This document shows, one piece after another, positions 1-8,387 of a stretch of DNA of 64,000 nucleotides. Numbering within the stretch: the first letter of the stretch is position 1; every line of letters begins with the position of its first letter. Below the pieces are notes generated by a model. It made no database searches, had not been told where the DNA came from, and saw nothing but the letters and a program-made list of their open reading frames with translations. Origin of the DNA: an uncultured Methanosarcinaceae archaeon (lineage in GTDB: Archaea; Halobacteriota; Methanosarcinia; Methanosarcinales; Methanosarcinaceae); assembly GCA_963847185.1 (NCBI GenBank), contig CAWJYV010000004.1, positions 64,001 to 128,000 of the forward strand. The letters are read 5' to 3'. Position numbers and translations under genes: made by a program.

Positions 1-1
1 T

Positions 2-703
2 TTAATTAATGAAAAGAGACCAACAGGGACTGTTACTGTTGAACTGGATGATGAAGGAATCCCTATTTTCACAATCAACAAGGATGTAGCCTGGGATGCG
101 ATCAGTCCGGACGAAGGGAAATTCAGGGCTCTTGCAGAGGAGGAATGGGACGTTTTCTGCTTCGGAACGCTTGCCCAGAGGTCAGAAGAAAACAGGAAGA
201 CTCTTAAAAGGTTATTTTCGGAAATAAACGCAAAGCATTTCTTTTATGACGTAAACCTAAGAGCCGGGTTCTATAAAAAGGAGTGGATATTATCCTCTCT
301 CGAACACTCTACTATTCTCAAAATGAACGAAGAAGAAGCTGCCTTTATTTCGGGCATGCTATTTGATACCAGATATGCTTGCAAAATGCTCTCTCGTCTC
401 CTTACAGAGAAGTATCCTGAAATCTCTGTAATCTGCATAACAAAAGGCCCTGAAGGAGCTGCTGTTTATCATAACGGAGTTTATGAGGAAATAAAGACTA
501 ATCCTGTAAATGTGGCAGATACGGTAGGAGCTGGAGATGCCTTTTCCGCAGGTTTCCTTTATACCTATCTTTCAGGATACGAAGCCTCAAAAGCCGTCTC
601 AGTTGCCTGTATTCTTGGAACTTATGTTGCATCAAAACCGGGTGCAGTGCCTGAATATTCACGGAAACTTATAGAAAAAATGCACATGAAATTCCTCGAA
701 TAA
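2..703 (+). CDS. PfkB-family carbohydrate kinase (fructokinase-like), 5' end outside the window
   Basis: Frame open from base 2 (LINEKRPTGTVTVELDDEG...FGTLAQR...DVNLR); C-terminal PfkB signature DTVGAGDAFSAG. Confidence 0.9.
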   Translation, partial: LINEKRPTGTVTVELDDEGIPIFTINKDVAWDAISPDEGKFRALAEEEWDVFCFGTLAQRSEENRKTLKRLFSEINAKHFFYDVNLRAGFYKKEWILSSLEHSTILKMNEEEAAFISGMLFDTRYACKMLSRLLTEKYPEISVICITKGPEGAAVYHNGVYEEIKTNPVNVADTVGAGDAFSAGFLYTYLSGYEASKAVSVACILGTYVASKPGAVPEYSRKLIEKMHMKFLE

Positions 704-790
704 CATGTTCAAATAAATGAAAGTAATTTTGACTTACCTTTTTTCGTTATTTGCTCTATTGTTAACTCAGGACAGTAAGGTTGTCTTTTA

Positions 791-964
791 GGCTCTTCGC
801 TGGTTCTTATAGGTTTAAAATAATTGACGAGTTAGAAAGTAGTCAGGCCAAAAAGAGAACATCAAGCTTGAGTGTTTTTTTGACACAACTGCTTATAAAT
901 CTTATAATGTTCATTAACATTTAGGAGATGAACAAAAGTTACCCACTCGAAACAGCGAAGAGAC
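791..964. mobile_element. MITE-like element, family A
   Basis: Terminal inverted repeats GGCTCTTCGCTG...CAGCGAAGAGAC, no ORF; alignable by eye with 41868-42036. Confidence 0.75.
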
Positions 965-1183
965 ATTAACTAATTAATCCCGTCTATAATCCCGTCTAAT
1001 TAACTTTATCCAGCTCACCCGCAATATTTCACTGAAATTCTTAGCCTCAAGCCATAATTTTACTAGACGGTAATGGGCGATAAGCATCCATAATCTATTC
1101 CTTCTGAAACAAGGAGGAATGTAATACTGACTCGAAAACCTCATGATGAGGTTAATTTAGAAGAATTCACAAAGTCGTTTCGG

Positions 1184-1870
1184 ATGGTATACGCGGTCTC
1201 AATAAGGAATCTTTCAAAAATCTTTACGGGAAGCTCACAGCAAATGAAAACCTGCGCTTCTTCGGGCAGATGTACGGAATCAAAAAACAGGAACTTGATG
1301 AAAAAATATATCTTCTTTTGTCTGAGATCGGGCTTAAAGCGAAAATGGATGAAAGAGTTAGTACTTTTCCAGAGGCATAAAGCAGAGGCTTTCGATTACA
1401 AGGGCTTTCTTTACAAGCCCTCTCTTCTCATTCTTCCTTTATATTCGGGACAGGGCCTTCAAATGGGATATTTATGCCCGCACAGCTGCCGAAATTTGCA
1501 CTCTTTTTCATTCCTTGTTTGTTACGGGCTCTATCTGGGCAAAGGACGCCTGGGGATGGTACTGAACCTCGGATATCAGGCTTACTACTTCCCTGGTTCT
1601 TTTCTTGTCTACCTTGCATATAGTATGCTCAGGAAATCCGTAGAAGAAGCCGAAAACAGAGCCCTTCTATCAGCAATGCTCGAAATCCTTGGCTTTATAT
1701 CGGTCCCCCTGAGCTTCTTCTTAATATGGGTCTGGCCTCAGCTCATCCTCTCATGTTCGGAGGAAACATGGGAGAAAACGGGGAAGGACTTGAAGGATTA
1801 GCTCTTCAACTGACTTTGCTTGTCAATTTTATAGCTTATTTCTGCTTTTCCTGACTCTTTTTTCCTTAAA
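1184..1870 (+). pseudogene. ccmC: Collapsed remnant of cytochrome c maturation genes (ccmA fragment joined to ccmC fragment)
   Basis: Across shifting frames: ENLRFFGQMYG...LSEIGLKAKMDERVSTF (ABC ATPase-like), then WDIYARTAAE, IWAK...WGWY*T...RLTTSLVLFLVYLAYSMLRKSVEE...LSA..ILGFISVPLSF (CcmC WWD region). Confidence 0.7.
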
Positions 1871-2142
1871 GGTTCAGAATGAATGGATTGAAGAAGAACT
1901 TAATGAACGCCGATATACTGAATAAGAAACCGGATTTTTTCTCAGCTTATCTTTTCCTCTACCTTATTTTTCCCTCAACAATTTTTTTCAGTGACCTTCC
2001 TTCCATGCCCTTCCTGCTTTTTTATACTTCTATTTGATGACTTTGTGGGAACATAAGGAAAAAAATAATTCAGTTATTATTTTTTACTAACCGTTAGATA
2101 ACTAGGTAAACTTTTTTATAGTATTTTAACGCATTAACAAAT

Positions 2143-2235
2143 ATGATTGATAATGAATCCTGGTCAATTTTGGTCCTGATGATCCTCATTTTTGCCTCAT
2201 TAGCAACTTTTTTTGTTACGGCCTCAATTTTATAA
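2143..2235 (+). CDS. Putative 30-aa single-helix membrane peptide (MIDNESWSILVLMILIFASLATFFVTASIL)
   Basis: ATG-TAA ORF, uninterrupted hydrophobic stretch, TTTTATA box about 25 nt upstream. Confidence 0.45.
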   Translation: MIDNESWSILVLMILIFASLATFFVTASIL

Positions 2236-2541
2236 ATTTGGCATTGTGCTTAAGTCAATGACTTTACCCAACCATCTCACGTGGTCACTTACTCAGAACA
2301 ACGTTTAATCAGTGAACTCCTCTTGTTATATTTACCAATTGTGAGAAGACTTAGTAAACTTTTTATCTGATTATTGCTTATTATTGATATGTTCGAGCGT
2401 CCGAATTGGTCAATTCTACTGTTTCTGGTCATAATTTTCGTATTCATCACAGTTTTTTTCGTAACCGCATCATATTTATGAATATTATATTGTTGTTTAA
2501 TCAGTGATCTTTCTCGAACACTCAAACGGCGGGTTATTGAA

Positions 2542-2619
2542 TCAAACCGCCCACGTCATGCACCAAATCGCGAACCCGAGGAACAACACCAATTCAACGA
2601 ATTCATCGAACGTAATCAT
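2542..2619 (-). CDS. Putative 25-aa hydrophobic peptide (MITFDEFVELVLFLGFAIWCMTWAV)
   Basis: Strong RBS GAAGGAGAGG before ATG; ATGA overlap with the upstream 21-aa ORF. Confidence 0.45.
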   Translation of the reverse strand: MITFDEFVELVLFLGFAIWCMTWAV

Positions 2620-2681
2620 ATCCTCTCCTTCAATTTGCCTCTTTCCCGATACTCTTCTAACAGATCAGATTTTGTGTCCAT
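2616..2681 (-). CDS. Putative 21-aa ORF (MDTKSDLLEEYRERGKLKERI), short paralog of 3420-3617
   Basis: RBS GGTGG; KSDLLEEYRER resembles KAELLDGYRKK; same upstream repeat. Confidence 0.35.
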   Translation of the reverse strand: MDTKSDLLEEYRERGKLKERI

Positions 2682-2712
2682 ATGTACCACCTGACCGAAA
2701 TAAGACTGGACT

Positions 2713-2812
2713 GAACTTATAGGGCGCGAACCACGCCATTTATTTTTATAAGGTGATAGGACTAGACAGGAAGATAGTTACTGAATTGACCGCAGATTTC
2801 TAATGCAATATG
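2713..2812 (-). promoter_or_regulatory. Repeated upstream/promoter element, copy 1 of 3
   Basis: Degenerate direct repeat with 3254-3348 and 3651-3740; core ATTTATTTTWATMRGGTGAT; TATA-like box on the minus strand at the ORF-proximal end. Confidence 0.55.
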
Positions 2813-3028
2813 GTAATGTTCTGGAAAAAAAGAGAGCGTTAAACTGGTTTGTGGGGGAATCGATATCGATACTATTCGTTTCATGGGAGCTTATCTAAAA
2901 GGGGTACATCTTCAAGCTACGACAACGAATGCCTTTGTTGCTATTGATGTAGTTATAGCTTCTACAACCTTTTATGTTTTTGTTATTAGGTGAGTAACTT
3001 AATAACTTCCTTTTTCATGTGTTATATT

Positions 3029-3205
3029 TTATTCTGCTTCAGTTGAGTCCGTGATCTTTCTGTTCACTATGCTGTTCACTGTTTCCGAGCCAGTGGCCAC
3101 GTTACGGTACCTCTCTACGATTGCTAACCAAATCGCACAGATAGTCATAAAACAGATTACTAAAACACAGTTAATGTACTTTTTGAGTGTCATAATTAAA
3201 CTCAT
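3029..3205 (-). CDS. Putative 58-aa membrane peptide (MSLIMTLKKYINCVLVICFMTICAIWLAIVERY...)
   Basis: RBS AAATTGAAGGA shared with the 25-aa ORF; one hydrophobic helix with the same AIW motif. Confidence 0.45.
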   Translation of the reverse strand: MSLIMTLKKYINCVLVICFMTICAIWLAIVERYRNVATGSETVNSIVNRKITDSTEAE

Positions 3206-3253
3206 GACTATTCCTTCAATTTCATACTTCCTGACATGAAATCGACATATTCT

Positions 3254-3348
3254 AACTTATAGGACGCGAATATGGGCATTTATTTTAATAGGGTGATGGA
3301 ATGATAACATAGCTACTGACTAAAAGGCGGGCTTCTAATGCGATCAGG
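3254..3348 (-). promoter_or_regulatory. Repeated upstream/promoter element, copy 2 of 3
   Basis: AACTTATAGGACGCGAA...ATTTATTTTAATAGGGTGATGGA...TTCTAATGCGAT matches copy 1. Confidence 0.55.
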
Positions 3349-3419
3349 TGGGAAACGGTGACCACCACAAAAGAAGGCACTGACAAAAAAGCAATATATC
3401 GCAGAAATAAAAAGCGAGC

Positions 3420-3617
3420 TTAAGCCTGCTCCTGTAAATTAGATCCACTCAAAATAGCTATTTCAGAAACAGTTGTCATTTGTTCTATAGAACTAATTAC
3501 GTCACATAATGATTTTATTTCTGCTTCGATTTCTGATTTCTTAAGTTCCGCATTTCTTAATTTTTTTCTATACCCGTCGAGCAATTCCGCTTTTTCGCTT
3601 CCTAGCAAGAAAGCCAT
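3420..3617 (-). CDS. Small coiled-coil hypothetical protein (65 aa)
   Basis: ATG at 3617 behind GGTGG RBS; heptad-like LRNAELKKSEIEAEIKSL. Confidence 0.55.
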   Translation of the reverse strand: MAFLLGSEKAELLDGYRKKLRNAELKKSEIEAEIKSLCDVISSIEQMTTVSEIAILSGSNLQEQA

Positions 3618-3650
3618 GTATACCACCAGTCTGAGTAAGGGAAAGCGGGT

Positions 3651-3740
3651 ATTTATATGGCACGACTCGTGTTATTTATTTTAATCGGGTGATATGAATA
3701 TCAATAGGAGTGTCACTTACTAGGTGCCGGGCTTTCAGAT
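3651..3740 (-). promoter_or_regulatory. Repeated upstream/promoter element, copy 3 of 3
   Basis: ATTTATATGG (TATAAAT on minus)...ATTTATTTTAATCGGGTGAT. Confidence 0.5.
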
Positions 3741-4082
3741 AAATCTTGTTTAAAAATATCACAGCTAAGTCGCATAGTCTATTTACAATACACGATCTTT
3801 ATAAATATAATAAAACTCGACTAAATAATTTCGATAACAAAATAGTCGTTATTTTTCTCATGCTTTCTTCCTTCCTCTCCCTTTTTTCTGTCTTCCTTTT
3901 TGCAGGGCCACCAGACAAAGCTGGCGGGTGTTCTCCATGAAAATTTGATGAAATGCAATTTCCGTAGGTAAGGAGATATTATACAATTGATTTTGACTAA
4001 CAAAGTTGTTTTTTCAGAAGTCTCAGGGTTTTATCACCAGGATCCAGATAACTATTTACCCTCGCCGATCCTACTTTTTTCC

Positions 4083-5180
4083 ATGATTTTTGATCCTATT
4101 AAAGTCTGCAATCTGGAACTCCAGAATCGCTTTGTAAGGTCTGCAACACATGAATTTATGGCTGAAGAAGATGGGACGCCAACCACCAGACTCGGAGATC
4201 TCTATGAAGAGCTTGCAAAAAACGAAATAGGGTTGATTGTAACAGGTTATTCTTATGTTCTTTCAGGAGGGCAAAGCGACAGATTACAGCAGGGCGTTTA
4301 TGATGACCGTTTTATAGAGCCATACAGGAAAATTACCGGGAGAGTGCACAGGCATAGAAGCAAGATCGTTCTTCAGATCGTACATGGAGGAAGGCAGGCG
4401 AATGTTTCGGATGAATATCCGGTTCCGATTGCTCCATCTGCGGTTAAAAACGGACGTTCAGCAGTGGTTCCCAGAGAAATGACTGAAACGGAAATTCTGG
4501 AAATGATTGAAGCCTTTACTCTGGCAGCTGTGCGGGCAAAAACTGCAGGTTTTGATGGGGTTCAGCTCCATTGCGCTCATGGTTTCCTGCTAAGCAGCTT
4601 TATTTCGCCTTATACTAATGTCCGGACAGATCGCTGGGGAGGTTCCATAGAAAATCGGACCCGAATTGTTACGGAAATTGTCAGGCGCATTAAAGAGGAA
4701 ACTGGAGGTGACTTTCCCATTCTTGTTAAAATGAATGCAACAGACGGTTTTCCACCCAGTTCCTCAAAAGCAGGGCTGGGACTCGATGCCCCTGAAAGCA
4801 TAGAAATTGCCAAGCTTCTTGAAAAGGCAGGGGTCTGTGCAATCGAGGTCAGCGGAGGGATAGGTGAAGCTGGAGGGGTGACTATCAGGACTGCGATCAA
4901 CTCTCCTTCAAAAGAGGCGTATTTTAAGAACTACTCAAAAATGATAAAAGCCGCCGTGAATATTCCCGTAATTCTGGTAGGAGGAATCCGATCTCTTTAT
5001 GTTATGGGATGCCTTCTTGAAAACGGATGTGCAGATCTGATTTCCATGAGCAGGGTGTTTATCAGTGAACCTGATTTTATCCCAAAACTTAAGTCTGGAA
5101 TAACAAAAAAAGCGAGATGTGTATCCTGCAACCTTTGTTTTGATCCCAAGGGGATCAGGTGCAATTTCGAGTTTGACTGA
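4083..5180 (+). CDS. NADH:flavin oxidoreductase (old yellow enzyme family)
   Basis: MIFDPIKV..L.NRFVRSATHE, QIVHGGRQ, AGFDGVQLHCAHGFLLSSFISP..N.RTD.WGGS.ENR, C-terminal CVSCNLC; ATG 4083 is the likely start. Confidence 0.93.
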   Translation: MIFDPIKVCNLELQNRFVRSATHEFMAEEDGTPTTRLGDLYEELAKNEIGLIVTGYSYVLSGGQSDRLQQGVYDDRFIEPYRKITGRVHRHRSKIVLQIVHGGRQANVSDEYPVPIAPSAVKNGRSAVVPREMTETEILEMIEAFTLAAVRAKTAGFDGVQLHCAHGFLLSSFISPYTNVRTDRWGGSIENRTRIVTEIVRRIKEETGGDFPILVKMNATDGFPPSSSKAGLGLDAPESIEIAKLLEKAGVCAIEVSGGIGEAGGVTIRTAINSPSKEAYFKNYSKMIKAAVNIPVILVGGIRSLYVMGCLLENGCADLISMSRVFISEPDFIPKLKSGITKKARCVSCNLCFDPKGIRCNFEFD

Positions 5181-5625
5181 AAGCAGTACATTTCACCAAT
5201 TTCAAAGCATATATTTTTCAAAAAATTGATGAGCTCTTTATCTAAAAGAAGTTTTTTACGATACTTTACACAAAAAAACCATGTGGTATCTTATTTTACA
5301 GACATAATAGCGAGGTATTCGACTGAAATAAACATTGGTTGATAAATTGAATTTTCCTCAGTTTTTTGGAAATAACTCAAAAGAGTATTACTGGATAAAG
5401 CAGGGAAAGAATTGTTGATTTGGAATAAATATCTGTTTAAATTTAATTTCCTTTACTTGATTTCGGAACTTCCTTGCCCTACGTGCTTCCCCAAACTTCC
5501 TCTTCACTACTAAGAATGTTGTCTCTAATATTGCTTTGATTGTATTTAATATTGTCAAGGACCAAATGCAATTGTTTTCTATATCTTCTATATTTTCTCC
5601 CTTTTTATTTGCCTTAAAGGTATAG

Positions 5626-5751
5626 GTGATGGGTATGAGTCATTGAAAACCAGAAGCATAAGAATCTCTCAATATTTTTCTCAAATACGGAGGATGTACT
5701 CACTTTTCCAGAATGATCAATAACTCGCGTACACGACCAAGGTATAATTGA
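5626..5751 (-). repeat. Dispersed conserved non-coding element, copy 1
   Basis: Direct similarity to 22758-22883 and inverted similarity to 6019-6108. Confidence 0.65.
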
Positions 5752-6018
5752 GTCTGATTTGATTTTATTCTCCAATATAAGTATGTATTTTTTCGGAATC
5801 ATACCTTTTGTCCATCGCCTAACATTGTGATTTTCTTACCTTATTTGATTGCCTTGTGAAAGAATGTTTGCATGTTTAATTTCATAATCTGTTTTTTGAC
5901 TAATTTTTCCATCCTAGTACTCCTTTACTTCGTGTCTGCATTTGAAGTTCACAGGTAACTTCTTCGTAGCTTCCCATTCAGCGGGAAAATAACTTGCATA
6001 AGAACTCGTAAGTGCCTG

Positions 6019-6108
6019 CAAGTTATTGATCATTCCTGAAAAAACGAGTATTACCCTACATTTGACAAAATGAAATGATTCTCGTGCTCATGTTTTTCAG
6101 TAACTCGT
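6019..6108 (+). repeat. Dispersed conserved non-coding element, inverted copy 2
   Basis: AGTTATTGATCATTCCTGAAAAAACGAGTA...ATTTGACAAAA...GATTCTCGTGCT matches the reverse complement of 5640-5727. Confidence 0.6.
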
Positions 6109-6220
6109 GGGTATGTCGTAAACTAGAGGGCAATGTTTAAATTTCTTTACAATGTTTTACTTTACAAAGTTAGGATTTTCTTAGTACTATATAAAAAATT
6201 TAAGATAAGGGGACACATTA

Positions 6221-8032
6221 ATGAAAACTAATAAAAAATCTTGTTCCACACTTTTAGCTTCAATGATTATGATATTGTTTTTAATTCTTACTTCATCTAT
6301 GGCAACTGCAGATCCTGAGGAAAGCTCCTCGTCCATGGGGCCATATGCGTATATTACTAACTATGGTAGCAATAATATTTCTGTGATTGATACATCGAAC
6401 GATACTGTTATAGCTACTATAAATGACGGAAACTATCCTGAAGCAGTTGCAGTAAACCCGACAGGAACAAAGGTTTACGTGGCAAACAGGAATAGTGGCA
6501 TTATTTCTGTAATTGATACAGCTACAAATACGATTACAGGCACTGTTTCTGTAGGAAGCTACCCAATAGGAGTTGCGGTGAACCCGACAGGAACAAAGGT
6601 ATATGTTACAAATCGGGATAGTAACAATGTTTCTGTAATTGACGTAACCACAAACACTGTTACAGCCACGGTAGACGTAGAATTTCCTCATGGAGTTGTA
6701 GTAAATCCAGCAGGAACAAAGGTATATGTTACTAGAGAACTCGCTAGTATTGTTTCCGTAATTGACGTAGCTACAAATACTGTTACGGCCAATATTTCTG
6801 TAGGAAGCTACCCTGTTGAAGTCGAAGTCAGTCTGGACGGAACAAAATTATATGCAGTGAATCAGGAAGGAACTGTCTCAGTAATTGACACAAACACAAA
6901 TACAGTTATAGCCACAATAAACATAGGTGAAGGAAATTATCCTTTAGGAGTTGCAGTCACGCCGGATGGAACAAAAGTATATGTGACCAATTCCGGCAGC
7001 AGCACTGTCTCTGTAATTGACACAGTTACAAACAATGTTGTAGCCACAGTGGCTGTAGGAAATTATCCATTTGGGGTTTCAGTCACTCCGGATGGAACAA
7101 AGGTATATGTGGCTAATTCTTACAACAACACTGTTTCTGTAATTGACACCGCCACAAACAACGTCACAGATACGATAAATGTAGGATCTGAACCTCGTGC
7201 CTTTGGGAAGTTTATAGGTCCTCTTCGAGTACATCCTGTGGCGAATTTCAGTAGCAATGTTACTGAGGGTTATGCTCCCCTTTCTGTTCAATTTACAGAC
7301 CTATCAGAAAATGCAACAGTGTGGTATTGGGACTTTGGAGATGTATCTAATTCAACCGAGCAGAATCCAACGCATACTTACTCTACAGCAGGAAACTATA
7401 CGGTTAACCTGACAGTAAGCAATGCAGTGGGCAATAATACTCTAACAAAATATGAGTATATACGCGTAGCTCCTAGTCTAACTCAGATTACATATTTCGA
7501 GGATGGGGAAAGCACTGCAAACTGGACAAACATGTCAGGCGGTATGATCGAATCATCAGCGGCAAGAGTATACAGCGGCAACCATTCGTTCAAATATACA
7601 GATCTATCTGCCACTAAATATAATGATGACTGCACATTTATGTTGCCTGTAGAGACAACTAATGCAACTGTAGAATGGTATGCAAACCCAAGTCAAAATA
7701 AAACATATTCGAGGCTTACTATTTTAGACGGAAATGCATCTAGTAAGAGAGGTCCTTGGACTGTATTCGGAGATAATGGACAGATTCAATATTGGGACGA
7801 AGCAAGCTGGCATAATGTAAAAAGATATTCAGCAGGCAACTGGTATCATTTCAAACTGGTGGTGAAATCTGGAACTAAATATGATTTGTACGTGGATGAT
7901 ACCCTAGTAGCAAGCGACATCAACACACAGAATCCAGCTAAAGTCTATGATAGGGTAGTAATTTTTGGATTCAATGTCGCTGGCAGTTCATGTTATTATG
8001 ATAATATTAATATAACAGTGCCGAGAGGCTAA
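6221..8032 (+). CDS. Cell-surface protein: signal peptide, YVTN beta-propeller, PKD domain, C-terminal ~180-aa beta-rich (lectin-like) domain
   Basis: Seven P.GVAV.PDGTKVYVTN repeats; WDFGD...EQNPTHTY PKD motif. Confidence 0.92.
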   Translation: MKTNKKSCSTLLASMIMILFLILTSSMATADPEESSSSMGPYAYITNYGSNNISVIDTSNDTVIATINDGNYPEAVAVNPTGTKVYVANRNSGIISVIDTATNTITGTVSVGSYPIGVAVNPTGTKVYVTNRDSNNVSVIDVTTNTVTATVDVEFPHGVVVNPAGTKVYVTRELASIVSVIDVATNTVTANISVGSYPVEVEVSLDGTKLYAVNQEGTVSVIDTNTNTVIATINIGEGNYPLGVAVTPDGTKVYVTNSGSSTVSVIDTVTNNVVATVAVGNYPFGVSVTPDGTKVYVANSYNNTVSVIDTATNNVTDTINVGSEPRAFGKFIGPLRVHPVANFSSNVTEGYAPLSVQFTDLSENATVWYWDFGDVSNSTEQNPTHTYSTAGNYTVNLTVSNAVGNNTLTKYEYIRVAPSLTQITYFEDGESTANWTNMSGGMIESSAARVYSGNHSFKYTDLSATKYNDDCTFMLPVETTNATVEWYANPSQNKTYSRLTILDGNASSKRGPWTVFGDNGQIQYWDEASWHNVKRYSAGNWYHFKLVVKSGTKYDLYVDDTLVASDINTQNPAKVYDRVVIFGFNVAGSSCYYDNINITVPRG

Positions 8033-8120
8033 GTTCTTGCAATCACTTCTACATTTCATTTTTTTCAATGGTAATGTAGCGAAAGTTCTGTAAGTGCGAC
8101 AAGAAGTTATGTCATAAATG

Positions 8121-8240
8121 GCTCTGTAGAAATCCTCTGAAACAGCGAATCTTCATTAATTTGAACTGAATAACCTGATACACTTTTATTGATCTGATTT
8201 CAGTCTCTTGTAGTTGAATTAAAAAGGTTTTCTACAGAGC
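8121..8240. mobile_element. MITE-like element (120 bp)
   Basis: Terminal inverted repeats GCTCTGTAGAAA...TTTCTACAGAGC. Confidence 0.7.
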
Positions 8241-8387
8241 AATAAGCTCTACAATAAAATCCGTTTTTATTTCTATTTCAAAAAATCTATGATACGGGTA
8301 AGTGTCAATTACTAACATTTTTATAGGAAAAAGAAACTATATATGAAATACTGTATGAAAAATTTTATGAAGATTAATGGAAATAAG

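Noticed and set aside
1184-1801. 205-aa ORF as an intact protein
   Set aside because: It threads through out-of-frame ccmA/ccmC fragments; recognisable motifs switch frames.
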